Positions 31,323 through 41,951 of a DNA stretch of 64,000 nt are shown here, piece by piece. A model generated the notes under the pieces. That model was not told the origin of the DNA, made no database searches, and saw only the letters and a program-made list of their open reading frames with translations. The translations under genes and the position numbers were made by a program. Origin of the DNA: Gammaproteobacteria bacterium (GTDB lineage Bacteria > Pseudomonadota > Gammaproteobacteria > UBA4575); NCBI GenBank assembly GCA_041576975.1, contig JBFGJY010000004.1:7361-71360 (forward strand), written 5' to 3'. The first letter of the stretch is position 1. Each line of letters starts with the position of its first letter.

Positions 31323-31808
31323 ATGAATAGAGTCCCTCTTACAGTACGCGGCGCAGAAAAATTGCGTGAGGAATTAGAAGAACTTAAATCTGTAAAACGA
31401 CCTCAAATTATTGAAGCGATTGCTACCGCACGTGCGCATGGCGACTTAAAAGAAAATGCGGAGTATCATGCGGCGCGTGAGCAACAGTCATTTATTGAAG
31501 GACGTATAAAAGATATCGAGAGCAAGATGTCTAATGCTGAAATAATTGATGTAACAAAACTTAATGCAAATGGACGTGTTGTGTTTGGAACAACAGTAGT
31601 ATTAGCAGATGAGGATAATGACGAGGAATCAACCTACACGATTGTGGGCGAAGATGAGGCCGATATTAAAGTTGGAATGATATCGATTGCTTCACCCATC
31701 GCGCGTGCCCTGATTGGTAAAGAAGAAGGCGATATCGTCATTGTTGATGCGCCCGCAGGGCAGAAAAATTATGAAGTTGTTGAAGTGCGTTATGGCACGG
31801 ATAATTGA
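31323..31808 (+). CDS. greA: Transcription elongation factor GreA
   Basis: The conserved N-terminus reads (M)[21 protein letters not shown] and …[16 protein letters not shown] follows. ORF 31302 starts 7 codons earlier. Confidence 0.92.
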   Translation: MNRVPLTVRGAEKLREELEELKSVKRPQIIEAIATARAHGDLKENAEYHAAREQQSFIEGRIKDIESKMSNAEIIDVTKLNANGRVVFGTTVVLADEDNDEESTYTIVGEDEADIKVGMISIASPIARALIGKEEGDIVIVDAPAGQKNYEVVEVRYGTDN

Positions 31809-32022
31809 TATTATAATTTTAAATTTAATTTCCCGCATAATTATCTCGTAATATTTTCCTATAAAAGTACTATGCAATATAAAGGCATCGCATAGCAAAC
31901 TTCTAGAACAAAATTGCCATGCAAACTATATCTGTTTTGCAAAGTTTCATAAATTAGAAATAGAATACCATGCAACGTAAAAATTTCTCCTGCATATCCT
32001 TAACTTAATCGCATAAATTCAC

Positions 32023-32631
32023 ATGCGTAGTAAAACTTGGATCAAAGAGCATATTAACGATCCATTTGTGCGAAGAGCCAATCGTGAAGGTTGGCGTTCA
32101 CGTGCGGTTTTTAAACTTCAAGAACTAGATGAAAAATATCATCTACTACAAACAGGAATGATAGTTGTAGATCTAGGATCTGCGCCTGGTGGTTGGAGTC
32201 AATATGTTGCGAAACGTATTGGCGATCAAGGCAAGATCATTGCTATGGATGTATTGGACATGGATGCAATTGCCAATGTTTCTTTTCTAAAAGGGGACTT
32301 TACTAAACCCCAAATAGTTGAATCTTTGAGGGATTTAGTCGGTCAAAGTAAAGTAGACCTTGTTTTATGCGATATGGCCCCCAATATAAGTGGTATAAAT
32401 AGCGTCGATCAACCAAAAGCCATGTATCTTGCGGAATTAGCCGTTGATTTTAGTTTTGAAGTATTAGGCCCGGACGGTAGTCTGCTAGTAAAACTATTTC
32501 ATGGCGCTGGATTTGATGATTATGTAAAAATGTTGCGGAATAGATTTTGTAAAGTATTGATTCGCAAACCAAAAGCATCACGATCACGAAACCGTGAGGT
32601 ATATGCCCTGGTCACTAAAATCAAGTTATAG
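32023..32631 (+). CDS. rlmE: 23S rRNA (U2552-2'-O)-methyltransferase RlmE (FtsJ/RrmJ)
   Basis: The motifs VVDLGSAPGGWSQY and …DMAPNISG…K are present and the gene is directly upstream of ftsH. Confidence 0.93.
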   Translation: MRSKTWIKEHINDPFVRRANREGWRSRAVFKLQELDEKYHLLQTGMIVVDLGSAPGGWSQYVAKRIGDQGKIIAMDVLDMDAIANVSFLKGDFTKPQIVESLRDLVGQSKVDLVLCDMAPNISGINSVDQPKAMYLAELAVDFSFEVLGPDGSLLVKLFHGAGFDDYVKMLRNRFCKVLIRKPKASRSRNREVYALVTKIKL

Positions 32632-32680
32632 TATTGTCAAGATGTTTAAGTATTTGAAATTTAAGTAAGAGGTACGCCCT

Positions 32681-34606
32681 TTGAACGACATGGTTAAAAA
32701 TTTAATGCTTTGGGCAGTAATTGCGGTTGTGTTGATGACCGTTTTTAATAATTTTGCTCCACGTCCCGAGGCCCCTTCTAAACTTTCTTATTCTGAATTT
32801 ATTGAACAAGTTCATTCAGGTAATGTTAAATCTGTTTTAATTAGTCCTGATAACCGCCATATTAATGGTAAATATGAAAATGGTGAAACTTTTGAAACCT
32901 ATAGTCCAGGTGATTCAGGATTAGTCAAAGATCTGCTTGACAACGATGTTGTGATTGAAGCAGGTGAGGCAAAATCACGCTCACTACTTCTTGATATTTT
33001 AATCAGCTGGTTCCCCATGTTGCTGTTAATTGGCGTGTGGATTTTCTTTATGCGACAAATGCAAGGGGGTGGTTCTGGTCGCGGTGCGATGTCATTTGGT
33101 AAGAGCAAAGCTCGTTTAATGGGCGAAGATCAAATCAAAATTACTTTTCATGATGTTGCAGGAGTAGAAGAGGCAAAAGAAGAAGTATCTGAACTTGTTG
33201 AGTTCTTACGTGATCCCGGTAAGTTTCAAAAACTAGGCGGCAAAATTCCACGCGGTGTATTGATGGTCGGACCACCAGGTACTGGTAAAACACTGCTTGC
33301 AAAAGCAATTGCCGGTGAAGCAAAAGTACCCTTCTTTACTATTTCAGGTTCTGATTTTGTAGAAATGTTTGTAGGAGTAGGTGCATCCCGTGTACGCGAT
33401 ATGTTTAACCAAGCAAAAAAACATTCACCTTGTATTATCTTCATTGATGAGATTGACGCAGTAGGACGTCATCGTGGTGCGGGGCTTGGTGGTGGTCATG
33501 ATGAGCGCGAACAAACTCTTAACCAATTACTTGTTGAGATGGATGGCTTTGAAGGCAATGAAGGTGTCATTGTTATTGCTGCAACTAACCGGCCAGATGT
33601 TTTGGATCCGGCATTGCTGCGTCCAGGTCGTTTTGATCGACAGGTAACGGTGCCATTACCGGATATTCGTGGCCGCGAGCAAATCTTAAAAGTGCATATG
33701 CGTAAGGTGCCGCTTGGCAAAGATGTACGTTCTGATTTCATCGCACGTGGCACACCTGGTTTTTCTGGTGCAGATTTGGCTAATCTTGTGAATGAGGCCG
33801 CGTTATTTGCTGCACGTGCAAACAAACGCACAGTGGATATGGAAGAATTTGAGCGCGCTAAAGACAAGATACTCATGGGCTCAGAACGTAAATCAATGGT
33901 GATGAGTGACGAAGAAAAGAAGCTCACTGCTTACCATGAATCAGGTCATGCCATAGTGGGTCGTTTAGTACCAGAACATGATCCAGTTTATAAAGTTACT
34001 ATTATTCCTAGAGGAAGGGCACTGGGTGTAACCATGTTTTTACCTGAAGAGGATCGTTATAGTCATAGTAAGCAACGTCTTGAAAGTCAGATTTCAAGTC
34101 TATTCGGTGGGCGTGTGGCAGAGGAACTTATATTTGGTCATGAGGCTGTTACTACAGGCGCGTCTAATGATATTGAGCGAGCCACTGAGATAGCGAGAGC
34201 CATGGTCACGAAATGGGGCTTGTCTGAAAAAATGGGTCCACTTTCTTATGGCGATGAAGATGGTGAAGTATTTCTTGGCCATTCAGTAACACAACATAAA
34301 TCCGTATCTGATGACACCGCTAATTCGATTGATCAAGAGATTCGTCGCATTGTTGATTCTAATTATGAGCGTGCGGTGCGCCTAATCAAAGATAATATGG
34401 AGAAACTTCATATTATGGCTGAAGCATTAATAAAATATGAAACCATCGATAAGGATCAAATCGATGACATTATGGATGGAAAGCAGCCTCGTCCGCCCAA
34501 AGACTGGATTGACGATGAACCAAGCTCCGGATCTACTGCTAAACAACCAGACGCAGATGATCGCAAGGATTCGGAAACCATTGGTGGTCCAGCTAGCGAG
34601 CATTAA
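32681..34606 (+). CDS. ftsH: ATP-dependent zinc metalloprotease FtsH
   Basis: The N-terminal TM helix is followed by an AAA module ([14 protein letters not shown]) and the HEAGH-type zinc site (HESGHAIVG). Confidence 0.96.
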   Translation: MNDMVKNLMLWAVIAVVLMTVFNNFAPRPEAPSKLSYSEFIEQVHSGNVKSVLISPDNRHINGKYENGETFETYSPGDSGLVKDLLDNDVVIEAGEAKSRSLLLDILISWFPMLLLIGVWIFFMRQMQGGGSGRGAMSFGKSKARLMGEDQIKITFHDVAGVEEAKEEVSELVEFLRDPGKFQKLGGKIPRGVLMVGPPGTGKTLLAKAIAGEAKVPFFTISGSDFVEMFVGVGASRVRDMFNQAKKHSPCIIFIDEIDAVGRHRGAGLGGGHDEREQTLNQLLVEMDGFEGNEGVIVIAATNRPDVLDPALLRPGRFDRQVTVPLPDIRGREQILKVHMRKVPLGKDVRSDFIARGTPGFSGADLANLVNEAALFAARANKRTVDMEEFERAKDKILMGSERKSMVMSDEEKKLTAYHESGHAIVGRLVPEHDPVYKVTIIPRGRALGVTMFLPEEDRYSHSKQRLESQISSLFGGRVAEELIFGHEAVTTGASNDIERATEIARAMVTKWGLSEKMGPLSYGDEDGEVFLGHSVTQHKSVSDDTANSIDQEIRRIVDSNYERAVRLIKDNMEKLHIMAEALIKYETIDKDQIDDIMDGKQPRPPKDWIDDEPSSGSTAKQPDADDRKDSETIGGPASEH

Positions 34607-34833
34607 GTTAGTAAAGCTCTCGCCTTTATTAGTTGTTTTAAGTCTATAAAGATGCGGATTTTGATAGGGGTAAAATTCTATCAAGAATAAAGCCCAGTGA
34701 AATCAATTGATTTTCTTTTTCATTATCAGACATATAAAAATGTGAGTTCATTGTTTTGCGATTAATTAAGTATTATTTCCATCCTGTTTTTATAAACTCT
34801 TAGTTTCAATTCTAGTAGTTGATCGATAATTCT

Positions 34834-36168
34834 ATGGGGCGCAAATACTTTGGAACTGATGGCATACGTGGTCGCGTTGGCGATGGCGTGATGACACCTG
34901 ATTTTGTATTAAAACTAGGCTGGTCCGTAGGACGTGTTTTATGTAGTGGCGATAGAAACTTAGTATTAATCGGAAAAGATACGCGTATTTCAGGTTACAT
35001 GTTTGAGTCTGTACTGGAAGCAGGTCTATCAGCTGCAGGAGTTAATAGTCGTTTACTTGGACCAATGCCAACCCCTGCAGTTGCATATTTAACTCGAACC
35101 TTGCGTGCAGCGGCAGGTATCGTTATCAGCGCATCACACAATCCTTATTATGATAACGGCGTAAAATTCTTTTCCGCCGAAGGTAAAAAATTACCCGACG
35201 ATGTAGAACTTGAAATAGAAAAACAATTAGATCAGCCTTTAGCCGTAGTAAGTTCTGACAAGCTTGGAAAAGTAGAACGAGTCACTGATGCAGCGGGTCG
35301 TTATATTGAATTTTGTAAAAGCACTATACCGACACGCATTAAATTAAATGGGTTAAAGATTGTAGTCGATTGCGCACACGGGGCTACTTATCATATTGCA
35401 CCCAATGTATTTACAGAACTGGGCGCAGATGTTATCAGTATTGCATCCAAACCAGATGGTTTAAATATTAATAGTGGTTGCGGTGCTACAAATCCTAAAT
35501 CTTTAAGTATTGCAGTTATTGAACATCAGGCAGATTTGGGGATTGCAATTGACGGTGATGGAGATCGACTGATTATGGTTGATAACAATGGTGCAGCCGT
35601 CGATGGTGATGAACTTCTGTATGTGATTGCTAAAGCGCGTAAATCAGAAAATATCTTGCAAGGCGGCGTAGTAGGCACTTTGATGAGTAATCTTGGACTT
35701 GAACACGCCCTGCGTGATCATGGAATTGAATTTAAACGCGCTGCAGTTGGGGATCGATATATTATGGAAATGTTGCAAGAATATTCTTGGATTTTAGGTG
35801 GAGAATCTTCAGGGCATATTATTTGTTTAGATCGAACAACGACCGGTGATGCAATTGTTTCTGCGCTTCAAGTGTTACAAATACTTGTAACAACTGAAAA
35901 AAGTTTGCGAGAAGCGAAATCGGGAATGAAAAAGTATCCACAGACGCTAATTAATGTTCCCATGCAGTCGAAGATTGATATTAATAATGCTCCTATAATT
36001 CAACAAGCTGTAAAAGATGCAGAGTCCGATTTGGCGGATTCTGGTCGTGTCCTATTGCGACCATCTGGTACTGAGCCTTTAATTCGGGTCATGGTTGAAG
36101 GGGTCGATGCTCCAAAAGTAAAACAGTTGGCTCAGCAAATCGCGGATAGTGTTTCGTCTTATTGTTAA
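34834..36168 (+). CDS. glmM: Phosphoglucosamine mutase
   Basis: The conserved N-terminus is [13 protein letters not shown] and the active-site motif is [18 protein letters not shown] 34819 starts at a TTG 5 codons earlier. Confidence 0.94.
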   Translation: MGRKYFGTDGIRGRVGDGVMTPDFVLKLGWSVGRVLCSGDRNLVLIGKDTRISGYMFESVLEAGLSAAGVNSRLLGPMPTPAVAYLTRTLRAAAGIVISASHNPYYDNGVKFFSAEGKKLPDDVELEIEKQLDQPLAVVSSDKLGKVERVTDAAGRYIEFCKSTIPTRIKLNGLKIVVDCAHGATYHIAPNVFTELGADVISIASKPDGLNINSGCGATNPKSLSIAVIEHQADLGIAIDGDGDRLIMVDNNGAAVDGDELLYVIAKARKSENILQGGVVGTLMSNLGLEHALRDHGIEFKRAAVGDRYIMEMLQEYSWILGGESSGHIICLDRTTTGDAIVSALQVLQILVTTEKSLREAKSGMKKYPQTLINVPMQSKIDINNAPIIQQAVKDAESDLADSGRVLLRPSGTEPLIRVMVEGVDAPKVKQLAQQIADSVSSYC

Positions 36169-36280
36169 CTAACACTAGATCTAAGCCATTCTTTGCAACG
36201 TTAACGAAATCAAATTTGCCTAACGGACCTGTCATCGGTAAGCTGCGCGCCTTTGGAATTCAACTAAGTTATTACTGTAC

Positions 36281-37033
36281 ATGCGCCAACCACTTGTAGC
36301 TGGAAATTGGAAACTAAATGGATCTCTGGAAACAATTTCAGAGTTAGTGTCTGGTATCAGCAATCAATTATCTGAAGTTACTACTGCCGAGCTAGCAGTA
36401 TGTCCAGCATTCGTTTATTTAGGCTACGTACAACAACTCATAGACGGAGTTGATATTTCTTTAGGTTCCCAAGATTGTTCAGACCAAGATAGCGGTGCCT
36501 ATACAGGTGAAGTTGCAGCAGCGATGATTAAAGAATTCGGTTGTAAATACATCATTGTTGGACATTCAGAACGACGTCTAATTTATGGTGAGAGTAGCGA
36601 AATTGTGGCCATCAAATATGAACAAGTTAAGAAAAACAATTTAGTACCAATACTTTGTGTTGGAGAAACATTGCAAGAACGTGAAGATGGTCACACTGAA
36701 GTTATTATTGCCAAGCAATTAGATGCCATCCTTGATCGCTTAGGTATTCAGGGATTTCTGAATACTGTAATTGCTTATGAGCCGGTATGGGCGATAGGTA
36801 CAGGTCAAACCGCAACACCAGATCAGGCTCAAGAAGTTCACGAGTTTATTCGTAATAAGCTTGATGCATTAAATAAAGGTATTGCGGCAAATATTCGAAT
36901 TCTTTATGGTGGCAGTATGAAGCCGAATAATGCGAAACAACTATTGAAACAAAACGACATAGATGGTGGTTTAATTGGTGGCGCATCTCTTAATGCAGAA
37001 GATTTTATTGCAATCGCTGTTGCCGCAAATTGA
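36281..37033 (+). CDS. tpiA: Triosephosphate isomerase
   Basis: The motifs VAGNWKLNG, …GHSERR… and AYEPVWAIGTG are present. Confidence 0.94.
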   Translation: MRQPLVAGNWKLNGSLETISELVSGISNQLSEVTTAELAVCPAFVYLGYVQQLIDGVDISLGSQDCSDQDSGAYTGEVAAAMIKEFGCKYIIVGHSERRLIYGESSEIVAIKYEQVKKNNLVPILCVGETLQEREDGHTEVIIAKQLDAILDRLGIQGFLNTVIAYEPVWAIGTGQTATPDQAQEVHEFIRNKLDALNKGIAANIRILYGGSMKPNNAKQLLKQNDIDGGLIGGASLNAEDFIAIAVAAN

Positions 37034-37071
37034 CATTCGAATGTTAAATTAATGTTATAGACGAGAAAGCA

Positions 37072-37542
37072 ATGTTATACAGCATATTAGTTACCATCGA
37101 TGTACTATTAGCAATTGGCATTATTGGTTTAGTGTTAATCCAACAAGGTAAAGGTGCCGATGTTGGAGCTGCATTTGGAAGTGGAGCCTCTGGTACCGTC
37201 TTTGGTGCACGAGGTGCCGCATCTTTTTTAACGCACACAACCGCGATTTTGGTTGCATTATTTTTTATTAATAGTTTGGCGTTAGCATATCTAGCCAGTC
37301 ACCGACCCGTTGCAGAAAGTGTTATCGATACAACACTAGAATCCACAGTAGTGGTTCCAAGTGTTGAAAATGTTAGTGATGGTGAAGTGCAGGTACCCCA
37401 GGTTGATATCGATGAAACTGACTTGCCAGATTTGCCTGAAGCTGGAGGATCAGATCCCACTACTGCCACCACTCAAGAGCTAGACAGTATGGAATCAATG
37501 GATAGTAGCGCAGATAATGCTCTTGACGATGTTCCAGAATAA
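37072..37542 (+). CDS. secG: Preprotein translocase subunit SecG with a roughly 60-aa acidic, Thr-rich C-terminal extension
   Basis: The conserved core is LLAIGIIGLVLIQQGKGADVGAAFGSGASGTVFGARGAASFLT. tRNA-Leu(GAG) lies downstream, matching E. coli secG-leuU. Confidence 0.88.
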   Translation: MLYSILVTIDVLLAIGIIGLVLIQQGKGADVGAAFGSGASGTVFGARGAASFLTHTTAILVALFFINSLALAYLASHRPVAESVIDTTLESTVVVPSVENVSDGEVQVPQVDIDETDLPDLPEAGGSDPTTATTQELDSMESMDSSADNALDDVPE

Positions 37543-37591
37543 CGCTGAGTAACTAGTTTCTGTTTTATATATGATTTTGTGATTTCTTTAT

Positions 37592-37693
37592 TTAGGGAAA
37601 CACGAATGCCATCACTATTGCGTATAAAATAATCACCACGCCCACAATAAGTGCAATCGTGTCAAATTTTTTATAGTCATTTTTTTCGGGCAT
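37592..37693 (-). CDS. Possible small membrane protein of 33 aa (MPEKNDYKKFDTIALIVGVVIILYAIVMAFVFP)
   Basis: The ATG-to-TAA frame has a charged N-terminus followed by a single predicted TM helix. The SD is weak (GTGAG, 8 nt upstream). The frame is below the 60-aa ORF-track cutoff. Confidence 0.25.
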   Translation of the reverse strand: MPEKNDYKKFDTIALIVGVVIILYAIVMAFVFP

Positions 37694-37924
37694 TGTTTAA
37701 TCTCACTAGTAATTAAATTGATTAGGTAAATTTGTAAAAAGACTTATTAGCACTATGATCCCATGATCAATTCGAGTTGTCTATATGGGCATAGTGTAAA
37801 CTATGACCATTCTCTATTCCCTGTTATTAAGCGATTTATTCGAAATTACCCTATCTTATATCTGTATCAGTGAAAAAAGATTCAAGCTGTGGTGCCTTAC
37901 GATAAAATGCCCTAAATCTAGTGA

Positions 37925-38011
37925 GCCGATGTGGCGGAATTGGTAGACGCGCTAGCTTGAGGGGCTAGTGGGGGCAACCTCGTGCCGGTTCGAGTCCGGC
38001 CATCGGCACCA
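37925..38011 (+). tRNA. leuU: tRNA-Leu (anticodon GAG), class II with a long variable arm, including the 3' CCA
   Basis: The 7-bp acceptor stem is GCCGATG/CATCGGC. The anticodon stem CTAGC/GCTAG encloses the loop TTGAGGG. The T-arm is GGTTCGAGTCC. The discriminator is A, followed by CCA. Confidence 0.9.
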
Positions 38012-38043
38012 AGGTCTCGCATAATATAATGTTTAAAGCGAAT

Positions 38044-38482
38044 AGTTGGAGCCTTGCACAGCTTCGCTTGTACAATGCTATGTGCTAAGTGTTTTACTTG
38101 AGGCCTAGCGCAGAGCATAGCTAGCATAATGTAATGTGCAGAGTATTAAATCTCAGGTCTAGCACACATGATAAAGGCAGCATAAGGCAGTGTGTTTGAA
38201 GTCAGGCTTTTGGCCTAGCACAGCTTACTAAGCACGATGTGTTGTGCGAAGTATTAGACTTAAGGGCTCGCACATCAACAGCTATGTACGACTACGTTCG
38301 AATTGATTAACTGGCGCCAAGAACAGTTTGCTTAGCACAATATCATGTGCGGAGTATTCAACCTTAGGCCAAGTACGATAAAAGCAGTATAGGGTAGTGT
38401 TTGATGCTAGGCTTTAGTCCTAGTACTGCTTAGCGAGTACAATGCAAAGTGCAATGTATTAAACTTCAGGCCTAGTAAAACT
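38044..38482. repeat. Degenerate higher-order tandem repeat array: five 'A' units (~31 bp, GTGCnnAGTaTTnnAcyTnAGGyCTAGCaCA) and three 'B' units (~50 bp, GTGTTTGAwGyyAGGCTTTwGyCCTAGyACwGCTTAnnnAGyACrATG)
   Basis: A units start at 38082, 38136, 38244, 38347 and 38449. B units start at about 38044, 38192 and 38397. The A-spacer-B module (~110 bp) occurs twice (38136..38252 and 38347..38448). Confidence 0.75.
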
Positions 38483-38524
38483 TAAAAATAGCAAATTAAC
38501 TGAGGCCTTATAGAGAATGTCGTA

Positions 38525-38881
38525 ATGATCGAAAACTATTTACCTATTCTCATCTTTATTGTTATTGCAGCTATCATGGGTCTTATACCTATGTTACTTG
38601 GACTTGGACTAGGTCCACGTACTAAGGATGATGCAAAAGACTCACCTTATGAATGCGGATTTGAAGCCTTTGAGGATGCGCGAATGCAATTTGACGTTCG
38701 TTATTACCTCATCGCGATCTTATTTATCATCTTTGACTTGGAAATTGCCTTTTTATTTCCTTGGGCAGTAGCAATTCGAGAAGTTGGATTGATAGGATTT
38801 ATAGCCATGGCATTGTTTCTCATCATTCTTACAGTAGGTTTTATCTATGAATGGAAAAAAGGAGCACTAGATTGGGATTAG
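38525..38881 (+). CDS. nuoA: NADH-quinone oxidoreductase subunit A
   Basis: 118 aa with 3 TM helices. The sequence SPYECGFE is present. Confidence 0.93.
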   Translation: MIENYLPILIFIVIAAIMGLIPMLLGLGLGPRTKDDAKDSPYECGFEAFEDARMQFDVRYYLIAILFIIFDLEIAFLFPWAVAIREVGLIGFIAMALFLIILTVGFIYEWKKGALDWD

Positions 38882-38957
38882 CGTCTGAAAATTTTTGTCA
38901 TGCGAGAACTTAGGAGCATCCAACTGGATCTAATGTTTTAGATTAGGAAAAAAAGTA

Positions 38958-39434
38958 ATGGGCATTGAAGGTCGATTTGAACAAGGCTTTGTAACCACAA
39001 GGTTAGATGAGCTCATAAATTGGGCGCGTACAGGATCTATGTGGCCAATGACTTTTGGACTTGCTTGTTGTGCCGTGGAAATGATGCATGCGGGCGCAGC
39101 TCGCTACGACCTGGATCGCTTTGGAGTCATGTTTAGACCAAGTCCACGACAATCAGATGTAATGATCGTGGCAGGTACCTTAGTTAATAAAATGGCACCG
39201 GCATTGCGTAAAGTATATGACCAGATGGCGGACCCTAAGTGGGTAATTTCTATGGGTTCTTGCGCAAATGGTGGAGGTTATTATCACTATTCCTATGCTG
39301 TGGTTAGAGGTTGTGATCGCATCATTCCAGTGGACGTGTATGTCCCAGGTTGTCCTCCCACTGCAGAAGCGTTGATATACGGGATAATACAATTACAAAA
39401 TAAAATACGTCATACCAACACCATTGCACGTTAA
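38958..39434 (+). CDS. nuoB: NADH-quinone oxidoreductase subunit B
   Basis: The N2-cluster cysteines fall in [10 protein letters not shown], …GSCANGGG… and …PGCPP. Confidence 0.95.
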   Translation: MGIEGRFEQGFVTTRLDELINWARTGSMWPMTFGLACCAVEMMHAGAARYDLDRFGVMFRPSPRQSDVMIVAGTLVNKMAPALRKVYDQMADPKWVISMGSCANGGGYYHYSYAVVRGCDRIIPVDVYVPGCPPTAEALIYGIIQLQNKIRHTNTIAR

Positions 39435-39445
39435 GTGCGTGTGTT

Positions 39446-40186
39446 ATGCAAGATAGAATTAATCATCTTTGTACTGAATTAAAGCATGCATTTGCATCTT
39501 TACTACAATCTGTCGATGTTAAATTTGATGAAATTACAATCAATGTAAGTGCAGAAAATCTTTTACGAGTGATGTCGCAACTTTGTGAAGCGTCTGAACT
39601 GAAATTTGAACAACTTGTTGATCTTTCTGGAATTGACTATCTTGAGTTTGGTGTAGACGAATGGAATACTGAAACTGCAACTACTTCTGGTTTTAGCCGT
39701 GGAGTGGAAAAGGCGTCTTTTGGGCGCTTTACTTTTGATGATGTGCCAGAACGGAATATGATGGATGGATCGCGCTATGCAGTGGTATATCATTTACTTT
39801 CAATTTCACATAACCATAGGTTACGTGTAAAAGTTTTTTGTGAAGATAATAATCTTCCAATTCTTTCATCTGTGACGGATATCTGGTCATCGGCGAATTG
39901 GTATGAGCGTGAAGCGTTTGATCTGTATGGAATTATTTTTGAAGGCCATCCTGATTTACGCCGTATTCTTACTGATTATGGTTTTACAGGACATCCCTTC
40001 CGTAAAGATTTTCCACTAATTGGGCATGTCGAAGTTCGCTATGACCCGGAGCAAAAGCGCGTGATTTATCAACCAGTCTCCATCGAACCTCGTATCACTG
40101 TGCCTAAAGTTATTCGCGATGATCATCGCTTTGAAGTGGGTGATGCCAAAAAAAATAATCAAGCCAAAGACGAAGCCGATGCCTGA
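39446..40186 (+). CDS. nuoC: NADH-quinone oxidoreductase subunit C (a separate gene, not fused to nuoD)
   Basis: 246 aa of the 30-kDa-subunit family (…[14 protein letters not shown]…). The stop overlaps the nuoD ATG by 8 nt. Confidence 0.9.
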   Translation: MQDRINHLCTELKHAFASLLQSVDVKFDEITINVSAENLLRVMSQLCEASELKFEQLVDLSGIDYLEFGVDEWNTETATTSGFSRGVEKASFGRFTFDDVPERNMMDGSRYAVVYHLLSISHNHRLRVKVFCEDNNLPILSSVTDIWSSANWYEREAFDLYGIIFEGHPDLRRILTDYGFTGHPFRKDFPLIGHVEVRYDPEQKRVIYQPVSIEPRITVPKVIRDDHRFEVGDAKKNNQAKDEADA

Positions 40187-41432
40187 ATTACGTAACTACA
40201 CTATGAATTTTGGTCCGCAGCATCCGTCTGCACATGGCGTGTTGCGCCTGGTTTTAGAAATGGAAGGCGAAGTTGTAGAGCGCGCAGATCCACATATTGG
40301 TCTACTGCATCGTGCGACTGAAAAGCTTGCGGAAAGCAAGCCATATAACCACAGCATCGGATATATGGATCGGCTCGACTATGTTTCCATGATGTGCAAT
40401 GAGCATGGCTATGTGTTAGCAATTGAAAAATTAGCCGGTATTAAACCACCAATACGCGCGCAATATATTCGAGTAATGTTTGATGAGATTACGCGAATTC
40501 TTAATCACTTGTTATGGCTAGGTGCACATGCATTAGATATTGGTGCAATGACAGTTTTTCTATATGCCTTTCGTGAACGTGAAGACTTAATGGATTGTTA
40601 TGAAGCGGTTTCAGGTGCACGTATGCATGCTACTTATTACCGACCGGGTGGCATATATCGCGATTTACCAAATGAGATGCCAAGATATGTTGAATCACGA
40701 TGGCATGATAAAAAAGATGTTAAAAAATTAAATAAAGCACGCACCGGTTCTTTATTGGATTTTATCGAAGACTTCACACAACGTTTTCCAGCATGTGTGG
40801 ATGAATATGAAACTCTACTTACTGAAAATCGGATTTGGAAACAACGCACAGTTGATATTGGAATCGTCAGTCCTGAACGTGCACTGCAATTAGGATTTAC
40901 CGGCCCCATGCTGCGCGGCTCTGGGGTAGAGTGGGATTTACGTCGTAAACAGCCGTATGAGGTATATGAGCATCTTGATTTTCAAATACCCGTTGGTGTG
41001 AATGGTGATTGTTACGATCGCTATTTAGTGCGCATGGAAGAAATGCGTCAATCTAATGTGATCATTAAACAATGTGTCGATTGGTTACGAGAAAATCCTG
41101 GGCCCGTGATGATTGATAGTCATAAAGTTTCCCCGCCAAAGCGAGGCGAAATGAAAATGGGAATGGAAGAACTTATTCATCATTTTAAGTTATTTACCGA
41201 AGGCTATTGTTTACCGCCAGGTGAAGTCTATACCGCGATAGAACACCCAAAGGGTGAATTAGGTATTTATTTGGTGTCCGATGGTGCAAACAAGCCCTAC
41301 CGATTAAAGATACGTGCACCTGGATTTGCGCATTTATCTTCTCTCGATGAAATGGCGCGGGGCCATATGTTGGCTGACGTTGTAGCAATCATCGGTACGC
41401 AAGACATAGTTTTTGGAGAAATTGATCGATGA
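40179..41432 (+). CDS. nuoD: NADH-quinone oxidoreductase subunit D
   Basis: The conserved N-terminus is [27 protein letters not shown] 40119 starts 20 codons earlier, inside nuoC. Confidence 0.93.
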   Translation: MPELRNYTMNFGPQHPSAHGVLRLVLEMEGEVVERADPHIGLLHRATEKLAESKPYNHSIGYMDRLDYVSMMCNEHGYVLAIEKLAGIKPPIRAQYIRVMFDEITRILNHLLWLGAHALDIGAMTVFLYAFREREDLMDCYEAVSGARMHATYYRPGGIYRDLPNEMPRYVESRWHDKKDVKKLNKARTGSLLDFIEDFTQRFPACVDEYETLLTENRIWKQRTVDIGIVSPERALQLGFTGPMLRGSGVEWDLRRKQPYEVYEHLDFQIPVGVNGDCYDRYLVRMEEMRQSNVIIKQCVDWLRENPGPVMIDSHKVSPPKRGEMKMGMEELIHHFKLFTEGYCLPPGEVYTAIEHPKGELGIYLVSDGANKPYRLKIRAPGFAHLSSLDEMARGHMLADVVAIIGTQDIVFGEIDR

Positions 41433-41935
41433 AAGATTCATCATTACAGGAAAATACCCAGGTTTTGTCCGATCATGTGCGTGCAGAAATTGATGACTGC
41501 TTGCGACGTTATCCTACAGATCAAAAACAATCCGCAGTGTTAGGGGCGTTGCGAGCTGTGCAGCATGAAATCGGTTATTTGCCAGTTGCACATATGGATG
41601 CCGTTGCAGAATATTTAGATATGTCAGCTATTGCAGTGTATGAAGTGGCTTCTTTTTATTCGATGTATGAACTTAAGCCTGTGGGCAAACATACTATTTC
41701 AGTATGTACTAACTTGTCTTGCATGTTGTGTGGAGCTGATGAAGTGGTTGAGCACCTAAAAAATAAACTTGGCATTAATTTGGGTGAAAGTACAGCCGAT
41801 GGCAAGTTTTATTTAAAACAAGAAGAAGAATGTTTAGCTGCATGTTGTGGCGCTCCTATGATGCAAGTAAATCATGTTTATCATGAGAATTTAACCATTG
41901 AAAAAGTCGACCAGATTTTAGATGAACTTGGCTAG
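41429..41935 (+). CDS. nuoE: NADH-quinone oxidoreductase subunit E
   Basis: The 2Fe-2S thioredoxin-like fold is indicated by [10 protein letters not shown]…CLAAC. The gene overlaps the nuoD stop. Confidence 0.92.
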   Translation: MKDSSLQENTQVLSDHVRAEIDDCLRRYPTDQKQSAVLGALRAVQHEIGYLPVAHMDAVAEYLDMSAIAVYEVASFYSMYELKPVGKHTISVCTNLSCMLCGADEVVEHLKNKLGINLGESTADGKFYLKQEEECLAACCGAPMMQVNHVYHENLTIEKVDQILDELG

Positions 41936-41951
41936 ATAACAATTAAGTTTT

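Noticed and set aside
31692-31898. 68-aa minus-strand ORF in the greA-rlmE spacer as a candidate YhbY
   Set aside because: It has no similarity to the YhbY/CRS1 fold (no GxKG motif), it overlaps the greA 3' end, and its composition is AT-rich and low-complexity.
33141-33927. Several minus-strand ORFs of 60-143 aa inside ftsH
   Set aside because: They are antisense to a highly conserved AAA protease gene and have no domains. The same applies to antisense ORFs inside dnaK, carB, nuoG, nuoL, nuoM, nusA, infB and pnp (for example 20180..20428, 28309..28536, 51320..51715, 57107..57577, 58780..59052, 62752..63987).
37918-38127. 69-aa minus-strand ORF overlapping tRNA-Leu
   Set aside because: It overlaps the tRNA-Leu(GAG) gene and the repeat array on the opposite strand. 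It is G/C-rich only because of the tRNA and has no coding signal.
38044-38482. Possible CRISPR array (regular repeats in a non-coding region)
   Set aside because: The repeat units are degenerate (70-90% identical) and of two interleaved types. The 'spacers' vary in size (17-70 bp) and are themselves partly repeated. No cas genes or leader are present. It is a tandem duplication array, not CRISPR.
39446-41432. Separate nuoC and nuoD genes with an 8-nt overlap, as something unusual
   Set aside because: Fusion of nuoCD is the enterobacterial peculiarity. Separate C and D genes are the norm in most other bacteria.
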